Source: an uncultured Pseudomonadales bacterium (GTDB taxonomy: Bacteria; Patescibacteriota; Microgenomatia; UBA1400; MFAQ01). Taken from it: a stretch of 64,000 nucleotides of DNA. The stretch is taken from positions 10,411-74,410 of the forward strand of contig CAZGSP010000039.1 of NCBI GenBank assembly GCA_964528565.1. Direction: 5' to 3'. Position numbers and translations under genes: made by a program. Under the pieces are notes generated by a model. It searched no databases. It was not told where the DNA came from and saw only the letters and a program-made list of their open reading frames with translations. Of the stretch, positions 46,073 through 55,347 are shown one piece after another; positions within the stretch are counted from its first letter, which is position 1, and every line of letters starts with the position of its first letter.

Positions 46073-47764
46073 TTATCTATCCGAAATAGCATAAAGTCCT
46101 GAAGAATTATTAAGGAAAGGCGCGTAAGCTTTTTGGTTTTGGGAATCAATCAATTCTTTCGGGATACTCCAAGGGCTGGAAATATAAAGATTGTTCCGGG
46201 TGTGATCAATATCCGGCCAGTTTATAGGGCCAAAAAAATAATTCTCGAAATCGGTTCCACCGGTATTCCTGACGGAGCCGGTATTGTATGAGGACGGATC
46301 GTATTGCGAATAAAAAAGAAAGTATAAATAAGGAACACCGTAAGTATATGGACCATCCGTGCCAAACCGAGGGTCGATATAAACTTTCTCGTATTCCGAG
46401 TGGTGATTTCGTGCGTAGATGGCCATTTGTTTCCAACCATACGATCTGGCTTCCGACAACTCAATGGGATAGTGAAGGGTGTAGTAGTCGACAAACCTCA
46501 GTATTCCCAAAAGATAACCACCAACGACGACTACTGCGAGGAGAGATTTCCAGAAAGTATTCTTAAACTTCCCGTAAACAAATAACATTCCCAAAGAGAT
46601 GAGAATCGAAAAGACGGGAACTATATTTAGAGTGCGCAGAGCGTGTTGACTGTTATTGGTAATGGAGGCAGGAATAAGGGCGATGAAAAACCACACGGCT
46701 AAAACATTTGCCGTAAATTTTCCGGATAAATAATCGGTTACAAATTTGTGTCGGAAGAAAAGTAGAAGTGAACCGATGATCAAAAAGGGGTATTCAATCA
46801 TATAAATTACACCCTGTCCCGGATGACCCGGAGTGGCTAGACCTAAGCCATCGGAAAGGTAAAAATTTGGGGAAAAATACTCTAGGAAACGCTTGTACCA
46901 GAAAGAGATCAGGCCAACAGCAGAGGTAAGCCAAGAGAGGGGATGTCCGGAAATAAAAGGTAATATACCGTTGGTGTAGTCGTAATCTTTCGTTAACAGG
47001 GTCATACCGGCGCGGGTGCCACCGGATCCAAGAATGAAGTTCTTGACGAAAAAAACAGTAATAAAGAATAACGCAAATGAAATGAAGAAAAGAGAATTTT
47101 TCTTGTTGGAATACCAAGAGGTAATACTAGACTTGAAGAATCGGTAATTGGCGAAAATTATAAATAAATTTAACAATGGGACTACGATCTTGGTAGAGTG
47201 ATAAGTAATGGCGGAAAAGTAGGCAAAAATAACCATTAAGAAGAAGTCGGATATTTTTTCCGATCGCCGCCAACGAAAGGTAAAGATCAAATTTAGAAGC
47301 AAAAACGATAATGCCGTAATGGCTTCGAATCCGGAACGGGAAAATGGTACTAGCCACGGAGATAGAGTAAAAATAAAAGTGGCTAAATAAGACAGTTCTG
47401 CCGACTTATTGCTAAAAATGAAACGGCTGATTAAAATCCAAAACAAAAAGACATTTAAGGCAGAAAAAACTGCCACCGGGAGACGGGTGCCCAGCTCGGT
47501 CAAGCCAAACAATTTTATAAAGGGAACTGTCACATAGATGAGTACCGGCGCCTTGTAGTCGCCAACCGACTTAAAAGATATAGGGAGAAAAGACCCCCAC
47601 TCGTCTCTCCCGGTCTTAAGAATTGAGTAGGCATTGTAACCGATTGAGACTTCATCGATCGAAAGAGACGGTGGATATGACGTCAGCTTGTAAAACTGGG
47701 TGAAGAAAACAATGACTCCGATAATTAGCCAAAAAATTATTTTGTAATGATTTTTTCTCATCAT
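46073..47764 (-). CDS. GT-C membrane glycosyltransferase, PMT_2/ArnT-like. Tandem paralog 6 of 6.
   Basis: …PSLSIDEVSIGYNAYSILKTGRDEWGSFLPISFKSVGDYKAPVLIYV…. Confidence 0.65.
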   Translation of the reverse strand: MMRKNHYKIIFWLIIGVIVFFTQFYKLTSYPPSLSIDEVSIGYNAYSILKTGRDEWGSFLPISFKSVGDYKAPVLIYVTVPFIKLFGLTELGTRLPVAVFSALNVFLFWILISRFIFSNKSAELSYLATFIFTLSPWLVPFSRSGFEAITALSFLLLNLIFTFRWRRSEKISDFFLMVIFAYFSAITYHSTKIVVPLLNLFIIFANYRFFKSSITSWYSNKKNSLFFISFALFFITVFFVKNFILGSGGTRAGMTLLTKDYDYTNGILPFISGHPLSWLTSAVGLISFWYKRFLEYFSPNFYLSDGLGLATPGHPGQGVIYMIEYPFLIIGSLLLFFRHKFVTDYLSGKFTANVLAVWFFIALIPASITNNSQHALRTLNIVPVFSILISLGMLFVYGKFKNTFWKSLLAVVVVGGYLLGILRFVDYYTLHYPIELSEARSYGWKQMAIYARNHHSEYEKVYIDPRFGTDGPYTYGVPYLYFLFYSQYDPSSYNTGSVRNTGGTDFENYFFGPINWPDIDHTRNNLYISSPWSIPKELIDSQNQKAYAPFLNNSSGLYAISDR

Positions 47765-48450
47765 ATCGGGAAATATGTGGTAACTCTTAAGTGATAGAGA
47801 AGATAGAGGACGTTTAAGATGGCAAAAAATATCGTTGTTTTCCTTGAGGAAGAATAGTATCCCTGAGCCGACAGTAAGGCGAGGAAAAAGATGACGCCGA
47901 AACTATAAAGCATGGCCTGATCTACATAGATGAATCCCGTCAGTAGTAATAAAGAAGATAAGGATATCAAAAACGGGAGGTAAGAATAGCTAATTTTGTG
48001 CTTATTGTGCTTGAAATAGCTATAGATAAAGTAAATATCCCAGGGAAAAAGATAGCCTAAAGGGTAAAAAGAACCGATTTTGTGCCAGAAACCGGAGGCA
48101 AAAATAGCGGCCGGTGAAAGTAATTTGTCGAAATTTTCGATAAAAGAATAGGACAACTCTGTTTTGTTATGAATCAGTTTGGCCACAAAATTTCCGGCAA
48201 AATCGGGGTGCTCGCCTCTTTGAGAGTTGATAGCATTTAGTAGCCCCATATCCAGACCCAGTCTGGGCTTTATGATAAACAAGGAGACTGCCAGAACCAT
48301 AAGAAAAATCAGTAATTGATAACTCTTGGGTTTGGTAAATAAAACATATAAAAGTAAACCCAGGACAAAGGATGTTAAAAGCAAAAAAATACTTTGACCG
48401 GAAAAAAGAATAATGGGTAGCGTGGAGAGATAAAAAACAACGAAGATCAT
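47761..48450 (-). CDS. Hypothetical membrane protein (229 aa).
   Basis: About 6 TM segments. 4-nt overlaps with both neighbours. Confidence 0.4.
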   Translation of the reverse strand: MIFVVFYLSTLPIILFSGQSIFLLLTSFVLGLLLYVLFTKPKSYQLLIFLMVLAVSLFIIKPRLGLDMGLLNAINSQRGEHPDFAGNFVAKLIHNKTELSYSFIENFDKLLSPAAIFASGFWHKIGSFYPLGYLFPWDIYFIYSYFKHNKHKISYSYLPFLISLSSLLLLTGFIYVDQAMLYSFGVIFFLALLSAQGYYSSSRKTTIFFAILNVLYLLYHLRVTTYFPI

Positions 48451-49691
48451 TGCGTCTTGAGACGGGGCTTAAATAAGTCGGCGATCAAAAAAATGCTAAC
48501 GCCGGCAAATAGACTCCTAACCGAACTCTTGAGAAAAATCAAGTCGGTTTTTCCGGCCAGTAACTTGTCCATTCCGGGAAAATTATTTAGATTCCGATTA
48601 ATCACGGCGAAAAGGCCTACCGAAAGCGAGTTATCAAAGGTTAAGACAATAAAGACATAACAAGCAAAAAGTGTAAGATCCAGCCAAAGGTTGTGCCAAC
48701 TACTATCCACCAACTCAATAACAATAAAGGGGGCGACCCAGATGAACCATTGAGGGTGATAATGGGTGACGGAAAAAAGAATCAGGAAATAGGCAAGATA
48801 ATACTTCCAAAGATTTTGAACTAAGTTTGAGTTTCTGAAGGCGTGTAAATAGACAAGGACAACACCGATCAAGTATGGATATATCCCCTCTGCGGCCGTC
48901 ACCATCCATTCCATATAAAACATTTTTTGCGACTTGGCGCCGAAGACCATGTATTTAAATGCAGAAGAGCCAAGAAAGGGCGCGATGGTAATGAGATAAG
49001 GCAAAACTCCACAAAGGGTAACTTTGAAGCCCGTCCAAAAATCCTTGGCACTAAAGATAATAAACGGTAGTAAAAAAATCGGGTACTGCTTAAAAGCGGC
49101 TCCGAGCGAGATCATGACCGCGGCCAGGTAAAGATTTTTCTTTTTGGCAAAGTACAAAGAAAGCACGGTAAAGAGCACGGGAATGATATCGAAAACACCC
49201 ATGGCAAAAGTGGCATAAAGGGTGACCGGATTAAATAGCCAGAGGAGAAAAGCCCATCTTTTTTTCTTCACATCTTCAAAAAGAGAACTCAGGGCAAAAG
49301 CAACCCCGATATCAACTAATAAGTAAGGTAACTTAAGAAGGATCAGGTTGAAAGAAAGGGCGGGCAATTTGTAGACCGAAATACCGTTCATCAGACTAAG
49401 AAAGAAATTTTCCGGAATGATCAAGGTAAAGAGCTTAAGAAATGATCCCAAGGTAAAGTACGTTAAAGGCGGATAGATAAAGATATCCCCTACTCCGAAA
49501 TTTTGGACCAAAGGATGAGTGGCCGGTAGACTAACCAGATAGTCATAAATGTTAAAAACATTTTTATAGGCGAAAAAATAACTTGTGAGAACCTGGCCGG
49601 ACAAATCGGGATGAAAGGTAATGCCGGAAATAACCAGCCTGAGGACGATAGCCGATATTAGTGCTATGACCAGACCCTTGGTGAATTTCAT
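48447..49691 (-). CDS. Polytopic membrane protein. First gene of the long minus-strand GT-C operon. Possibly GT-C-like (DUF2029/GT87-like).
   Basis: 414 aa, about 11 TM segments. Loop motifs …GVGDIFIYPPLTYF…. No confident family assignment. Confidence 0.4.
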   Translation of the reverse strand: MKFTKGLVIALISAIVLRLVISGITFHPDLSGQVLTSYFFAYKNVFNIYDYLVSLPATHPLVQNFGVGDIFIYPPLTYFTLGSFLKLFTLIIPENFFLSLMNGISVYKLPALSFNLILLKLPYLLVDIGVAFALSSLFEDVKKKRWAFLLWLFNPVTLYATFAMGVFDIIPVLFTVLSLYFAKKKNLYLAAVMISLGAAFKQYPIFLLPFIIFSAKDFWTGFKVTLCGVLPYLITIAPFLGSSAFKYMVFGAKSQKMFYMEWMVTAAEGIYPYLIGVVLVYLHAFRNSNLVQNLWKYYLAYFLILFSVTHYHPQWFIWVAPFIVIELVDSSWHNLWLDLTLFACYVFIVLTFDNSLSVGLFAVINRNLNNFPGMDKLLAGKTDLIFLKSSVRSLFAGVSIFLIADLFKPRLKTQ

Positions 49692-49802
49692 GGTTTAAGT
49701 ATATCAAGACTTGGAGTACGATATCTTAGTGAAGAATTTCTTCATATTTTTAGGCAGGTGGGATGTTTATGTCAAAAAATAAATTTTTGCTAAAATTAAG
49801 CG
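49692..49802 (-). promoter_or_regulatory. Divergent intergenic region. Candidate promoters for the about 13-gene minus-strand GT-C operon and for the plus-strand gene at 49803.
   Basis: 111-bp AT-rich spacer between divergently oriented starts. It is the only sizeable non-coding gap between 32.4 kb and 49.8 kb. Confidence 0.3.
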
Positions 49803-51353
49803 GTGACAAAAAAGAAATGGTGGATTTTGGTATTTATCTTTGTGCTCGCACTCATGGTTCGATTTTATGCTTTTCGGGAAAGTATTTACTTTGGTTTTGA
49901 TCAGGCCAGAGATGCCTATTTATCACAAGAAATATATTTAAAACACGATATAAAGCTGATCGGTCCGCCTGTTTCCGGTGATGTTGGGTTGTTCCACGGT
50001 CCATTATTTTGGTACTTAGTTGGACCGGTTTATTTGATTTTTAAAGGCGATCCGGCAATGGTGTCGGCAGTTTTTAGGGTATTAAACGCTTTGGGAGTAT
50101 TTTTGGTTTTTGGGATTGGTAGTTCTTTATTCACGCCATTCGCGGGTTACCTGGCCGCAGTTTTTTATGCGGTATCTTTCGAGGAGAGTCAATATGCCAT
50201 GTACGTTGGGAACCCGAGTCTTGGGGTACTTTCAATCCTTTTGATATTTTCGGGGGCTACTCTAATTTATAAGAAAAGTAAATACGCAAAATGGAGCCCT
50301 ATTCTGATGCTTGGAGGAGCGGCGTTATCGACTCAAATGAACCTTATGTTCGTCTATACATTTTTCATGGTCGCTGCCTTACTTCTTGTTCTCAGAAAGC
50401 AAACTTCAACGATATCCAAGAAAATGTGGTTCGCCGGGGTTGGCGTGGCGGGGGCAATTCTTTCATCTTTTCTGTTGGTAGAGCTTAAATATGGATTTAG
50501 AAGTTTTAAGCTAGCTTATTCATTATTTACAAAGGGATATGGGGTAATGGATTCTCATGCATCAAAGTACATACTTTTCATTAGTAAATTCCTGAGAATG
50601 TTTAGAGATAATATCATCGGTGTTGATGCTTATATTTTGGTTGGACTTGTAGCAATATTTGTTTCCATATGGTTGCTTTACCATGCTCAAAAAAAAGTAT
50701 CATTCCGAATTTTGGCGATATGGGTGTTTGGTTGGGTCTTTCTAATGTTTCTGGGAGGACATACAGCCTACTATACAAATGCCGGTTTGGGAGTAGCGGT
50801 AATTATAGCCCTGGCTGTGCTAATTGAGAGAATCGGCAGTCAAAATAAATGGCTGGGGATCTTCTTTGCCACCTTCATAGTCTTTGGAAATTTAAATTTG
50901 ATCCGGTTTCAATCACCGAACAGTTTGATCCAGGAAATTATCACCCAGCCGATGATGCGGCTTTCCGATGAATATAAAATGATAGACAAAATGTATGAAG
51001 TGGTAGGGGGAAGGGGCTTTACCGTCCGGATTACGGGAGTACCGTACAGTATCCCTACCGTGTGGGCATATCTATTTCATTTTTATGGTTTAAAGAAATA
51101 TGGCTACCTCCCATATTGGGAAACCGGAAACATATTGGGTTTCCCGGGAGAGATGCCGGTTCCGACAAACGGAACTACGTGTTTTAGATTTTTAGGGAGG
51201 GAACCAATGCGCGGATTACCTCAAGTGCTTGTCGATTACGATGAGGGTCGGGAAAGGCCGTTCTCGACAGTGGTAAATATGGATTCGATTGGTGAGTTTA
51301 CCCTCGAAACCAGATGGGTAGTGAACTTAAGATGTCACAACCGGCGTCCTTAG
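49803..51353 (+). CDS. Polytopic membrane protein, paralog C of the D-x-[GA]-R-D / GP…GP-x-[YW]-Y family.
   Basis: IYFGFDQARDAYLSQEIYLKHDIKLIGPPVSGDVGLFHGPLFWYLVGP. Multi-TM. The stop codon overlaps the convergent GT2 stop (TTAG). Confidence 0.5.
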   Translation: MTKKKWWILVFIFVLALMVRFYAFRESIYFGFDQARDAYLSQEIYLKHDIKLIGPPVSGDVGLFHGPLFWYLVGPVYLIFKGDPAMVSAVFRVLNALGVFLVFGIGSSLFTPFAGYLAAVFYAVSFEESQYAMYVGNPSLGVLSILLIFSGATLIYKKSKYAKWSPILMLGGAALSTQMNLMFVYTFFMVAALLLVLRKQTSTISKKMWFAGVGVAGAILSSFLLVELKYGFRSFKLAYSLFTKGYGVMDSHASKYILFISKFLRMFRDNIIGVDAYILVGLVAIFVSIWLLYHAQKKVSFRILAIWVFGWVFLMFLGGHTAYYTNAGLGVAVIIALAVLIERIGSQNKWLGIFFATFIVFGNLNLIRFQSPNSLIQEIITQPMMRLSDEYKMIDKMYEVVGGRGFTVRITGVPYSIPTVWAYLFHFYGLKKYGYLPYWETGNILGFPGEMPVPTNGTTCFRFLGREPMRGLPQVLVDYDEGRERPFSTVVNMDSIGEFTLETRWVVNLRCHNRRP

Positions 51354-52165
51354 TCGCGGAACTTTTTCCGGCGAAGAATTACCTGCCACTTGTGGCCGAT
51401 CCATAATACCGTATTCAGGATTGACGAATAGACAGGACCGTAATAGATTTGAGCGGACTTGAGAAGAGGGCTTTTTAGATGGGAGACAAAGTTCCCGCTG
51501 GCACCGTGGGCGTGTTGGACTTTTGCGCGGGGGAGATAATAAACCGGCAAGCCTGACCGGTAAAGGCGCCGACAAAATTCAACATCTTCATAGTAAAGAA
51601 AAAACCGTTCGTCTAAACCCCCGACTTGATCGAAGGTAATCTTTGGAACCAGGAAAGCGGCCATTACAGCCACTTCGACTTTGGTCACTTCATCACCGGG
51701 ATTATATTTTTTGAAACAATTTTTGCAGCCGAAAAAGTTGTATTTTATGGCATTCCAAATGGTCGGGAATTTGGAACAAGACGGCTGAATGCTGCCGTCG
51801 TAATTTAATAGCCGGGGAGCGACGGCTCCCAGGCCTGGATGCTCTTTGGCAAAATCAAGTAATAATCTTAGGGCCGAACCAACGATCCTGGTGTCGGGGT
51901 TGATAAGGAGAACATATTTCCCTTTGGCTGCCTTTATCCCCCGGTTTACCGCTTTGGCAAAACCAACGTTTTCGGTGTTTCGAATAACGGTTGGCTTGAG
52001 GGAGTGTTTCTCGGCTTTATCCGCTCCTTTATCGGCCGGGTAGTTATCTACCACGATGATTTCCTTGGCAATGCCGTCGCGATTTTTCTTGATAGAGTCC
52101 AAAAAGGGACCGATGGTGTCTTCCGATTTGTAGCCGACAGTGATGATGGAGAGCTCCGGTTTCAT
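51350..52165 (-). CDS. Glycosyltransferase family 2.
   Basis: LSIITVGYKSEDTIGPFL … EIIVVDNYPADKG … NVGFAKAVNRGIKAAKGKYVLLINPDTRI. The start is moved to the ATG (MKPELSII…), giving a 4-nt overlap with the upstream GT2. Confidence 0.7.
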   Translation of the reverse strand: MKPELSIITVGYKSEDTIGPFLDSIKKNRDGIAKEIIVVDNYPADKGADKAEKHSLKPTVIRNTENVGFAKAVNRGIKAAKGKYVLLINPDTRIVGSALRLLLDFAKEHPGLGAVAPRLLNYDGSIQPSCSKFPTIWNAIKYNFFGCKNCFKKYNPGDEVTKVEVAVMAAFLVPKITFDQVGGLDERFFLYYEDVEFCRRLYRSGLPVYYLPRAKVQHAHGASGNFVSHLKSPLLKSAQIYYGPVYSSILNTVLWIGHKWQVILRRKKFRD

Positions 52166-53070
52166 ATTGATTTTGAGATGTGGGACAGGACGTTTGAGTC
52201 GGAAATAATAAAGTTCCGTTTCAAATGAGGATGGGTCATGAACCTCCACAACGAAGACCAAACAACCCGAAGATATCCGGGGTGTTTAAGAGAGTGAGTG
52301 ATGAGAAAAATTAGGTGACCAAATACCAAACCAGGATCCTTAACGTTTAACCAATTAAAAAGTAATTCGTTTCTTTGTTTTATTAGACTGATATAACGAG
52401 GATCCAACTTTTTTGAGGTGGATTCGTGATCGTGAATAACTGATGCCGAGGGTTCCCAAATTATTTTGTAGCCGCTTTTCCAGGCGCGATAACCAATGTC
52501 GATATCTTCCCAATAAAACGGCGCGTAGATCTCATCCATCCCGCCCAACTCATTCCAAATACTTCTTCTAAAGATGGCGCTACCGCCGGACGCCCAGGCG
52601 GAGAGAACCGGTTTTGTTTTATCTTTGCCGTGAGTAAACTGCATCTTGCCACCCGCCCAATACATGTCCGGCCATGAAGCCCCCTCTTCGTTGAAAGTAA
52701 CAGCAAAAACTTCGGGGTCGTCAAAATATTTCATGACTTTGGCGTCGTATCCTTGAAGAGGACGAACGTCGTTGTTGATGAGGGTGAAAAATTCCGAGTC
52801 CGATTTGGCTATTCCCTGATTGACCGGTTTGGTATACCCCAAGTTGGTTTTATTTCTGACGATAATAGCCCGGGGGTAGTTCTTCTCTAGCCAAACCAAT
52901 GTGTCGTCTTCGCTCCCATTATCGATGACGATCAGACGCCCAAGGTTTTCAGTGTTCTCCACTATATAGGGAAGATTCTTCTCCAGTAGATAGCGCGCGT
53001 TGAAGCTGGGAATAATGATGTCGATCGTCTTTTGGTTAGCCACTACCTCTAGTATACCAAGGCTGGGCAT
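52162..53070 (-). CDS. Glycosyltransferase family 2.
   Basis: IDIIIPSFNARYLLEKNLPYIV … LIVIDNGSEDDT … NLGYTKPVNQGIAKSDSEFFTLINNDVRP. Confidence 0.7.
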   Translation of the reverse strand: MPSLGILEVVANQKTIDIIIPSFNARYLLEKNLPYIVENTENLGRLIVIDNGSEDDTLVWLEKNYPRAIIVRNKTNLGYTKPVNQGIAKSDSEFFTLINNDVRPLQGYDAKVMKYFDDPEVFAVTFNEEGASWPDMYWAGGKMQFTHGKDKTKPVLSAWASGGSAIFRRSIWNELGGMDEIYAPFYWEDIDIGYRAWKSGYKIIWEPSASVIHDHESTSKKLDPRYISLIKQRNELLFNWLNVKDPGLVFGHLIFLITHSLKHPGYLRVVWSSLWRFMTHPHLKRNFIISDSNVLSHISKSI

Positions 53071-53100
53071 AGGTTGAGAGTGTTAGAATTAAAATTGAAA

Positions 53101-55347
53101 ATGAAAAAAATCATAAGACTGTGGCCAGTTCTAGTTTTTGCCGTCGCCTGTTTTGTCTATTACTGGAAAGTATTCCTCAAGGGTTATGTTCCGTTCCCCG
53201 GAGACCTAATGGTGGGTGCTTATCTTCCGTGGCTGGAAAATAAATGGGGTTTCCCAACGGGAGTACCCGTAAAGAACCCTTTGATCTCCGATATATTTTC
53301 GCAATTTTATATGTGGAAAAGTTTGATTGGAGAAGGCTGGAGACATCTGACCATACCGTTATGGAATCCTTATTCTTATTCGGGATATCCACTTCTGGCG
53401 ACTTTTCACTCCGGAGTTTTTTATCCTTTTACCTTTATTTATGCTCTCCTGGGAGATATTAAGGGGTGGAATTTCTTAGTAATCTTTCCCTCTTTTGCCA
53501 CGGCTCTAACAATGTATTTCTTCTTGCGCCAAATTAAAGTCGGCAAGGTTGGCGCAGTTGTCGGAGGCTTGGTTTATGCGTATTCCGGATTTGCGATTAG
53601 CTGGGCACAGTTTGTGACCGCTGATCAGGCAATGATCTGGATGCCTCTGGTTTTAATTATTCTCGAAAAATATTTTGAATCAAAAAAGAAATATTATTTA
53701 TACTGGCTACCGATACTTTTCTTCTTATTGGTGACGGCGGGGCATTTTCAAATAATGGTGTATATCACAGTGCTATCCGCGGCGTACTTCGTCTGGAAGT
53801 GGATAGAAAAAAGGGACCTTAAGGATCTGGCGGTGATGATTGTTCCCGGGGTATTAACCTTTGGCCTTTCGGCTTTTCAACTGTTACCGACCTTGGAACT
53901 GACAAAGTACGGATTAAGATCGGTGGAAAATTATATCGCCCAATATAACTACGGTTTGCTACCGATAAAATATTTGGTGACATTAATTGCGCCAGATTAT
54001 TTTGGTAATCCGGCTACCGGCAATTTTTTTGGAGTTTTTAATTATCATGAGGCTATTTTTTATACCGGAATATTTGCGGTGTTCTGTTTCTTACTATCGC
54101 TTTTTATGTACCGTTCCAACAAGTACATTCGATTCTTTGTTTGGGTAGTGGTCTTTGCTTTTTTGTTTGGATTTGACACTTTTTTAGGCAAAGCGGTTTA
54201 TATATATAACGTCCCGGGAATCGCGACAAGTGCAGCGGGGAGAGTGGCCGTAATTTTTTCGATGGGTCTTGCGGTTTTAGCCGGAATTATAATTTCAAAC
54301 CTCGAAAAGATAAGTTACAAGAAAATACTGCTGACTATAGGAATCGTCTCAACAATATATATCTTGTTGTATTATCTGGCTAAGTTTAGTGACGGGATGT
54401 TGCTTACTCCCGATAATCCAAATATGCTGTTGGCGGTCAGGCGTGCAGTAACATTGCGCAATCTCTTGCTTCCGGGTGCTTTGGTTGGAGCATATTCGAT
54501 ACTTCTGCTTCTTTCTCGAAAATGGCGGATTTTTTCGGCCGCCATCATAGTCCTTGTCTGCCTGGAGATGTTTCGGTTTGGATGGAAATACATCCCGTTT
54601 GTCCCCGAAAGAATCGTCTATCCGGAAACTCCCATTACTCAGTACCTGGAAGAAAAGGGTAGGTCCGAGGTTTTTAGAATCGACCGTGAGCGGGCTGAAG
54701 TATTGCCTCCGGCCACTTGGATGCAGTACCGACTTATGAGCCCTTCAGGATACGACCCAATGGCTATAAGGGGCTATGCCGAGATCTATCAGAAAGTAAT
54801 CAATGGGAATTTAAGTGGACAAGTAGGAAGATATTCCGAGTTGGAGAGATATGATTCAAAGGCTCTGGGGGAATTCAATGTGAAATATTTGGTGGTGGTG
54901 AAGAGAGATAAAGTTGGAAAGTTGGGAGGAGATTTTATCAACTTTTCCATTGATCAAAAGGAATGGAAGAAAGCTTTTGAAACCTCGGAAACAGCGATTT
55001 TGGAAAACACAAATTACCGGCCCAGAGCAAGATTTGTCGATTCAACAGATAGTGAAGCAAAAATTACTTCTTATACCCCAAACACCATCAAAATTTCATT
55101 TAGTAAGGGAGCCGGTAAAACTCTTTTGCTCGCCGATACCTGGTATCCGGGATGGAAGGCTTATGTAAACGGCTCTGAGGTGGTGATTGATAAGTGTGAT
55201 GGCATTTTTAGATGTATTAAATTAACCGACGATAATGGAGAAGTTATCTTTGATTACCGGCCGGCCAGTTTTCGGATAGGATTAATGATCAGTATTTTGA
55301 GTTTGATAGGGACAGTGATCGCCTTGGCTGTCCTAAAAAAGAAGTGA
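53101..55347 (+). CDS. YfhO-family polytopic membrane protein (GT-C-like) with a large C-terminal extracytoplasmic domain.
   Basis: GYVPFPGDLMVGAYLPWLEN … LISDIFSQFYMWKSLIGEGWRHLTIPLWNPYSYSGYPLLATFHSGVFYP matches the YfhO N-terminal signature (…P-L-W-N-P-Y…G-x-P). 757 aa. Confidence 0.55.
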   Translation: MKKIIRLWPVLVFAVACFVYYWKVFLKGYVPFPGDLMVGAYLPWLENKWGFPTGVPVKNPLISDIFSQFYMWKSLIGEGWRHLTIPLWNPYSYSGYPLLATFHSGVFYPFTFIYALLGDIKGWNFLVIFPSFATALTMYFFLRQIKVGKVGAVVGGLVYAYSGFAISWAQFVTADQAMIWMPLVLIILEKYFESKKKYYLYWLPILFFLLVTAGHFQIMVYITVLSAAYFVWKWIEKRDLKDLAVMIVPGVLTFGLSAFQLLPTLELTKYGLRSVENYIAQYNYGLLPIKYLVTLIAPDYFGNPATGNFFGVFNYHEAIFYTGIFAVFCFLLSLFMYRSNKYIRFFVWVVVFAFLFGFDTFLGKAVYIYNVPGIATSAAGRVAVIFSMGLAVLAGIIISNLEKISYKKILLTIGIVSTIYILLYYLAKFSDGMLLTPDNPNMLLAVRRAVTLRNLLLPGALVGAYSILLLLSRKWRIFSAAIIVLVCLEMFRFGWKYIPFVPERIVYPETPITQYLEEKGRSEVFRIDRERAEVLPPATWMQYRLMSPSGYDPMAIRGYAEIYQKVINGNLSGQVGRYSELERYDSKALGEFNVKYLVVVKRDKVGKLGGDFINFSIDQKEWKKAFETSETAILENTNYRPRARFVDSTDSEAKITSYTPNTIKISFSKGAGKTLLLADTWYPGWKAYVNGSEVVIDKCDGIFRCIKLTDDNGEVIFDYRPASFRIGLMISILSLIGTVIALAVLKKK

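Noticed and set aside
36866-47764. Whether the tandem GT-C paralogs are recent duplications or an assembly artefact (collapsed or expanded repeat).
   Set aside because: N-terminal nucleotide and protein sequences differ substantially between copies, at about 40-50 % amino-acid identity in the conserved loop. This argues for ancient divergence and not a recent duplication or mis-assembly.
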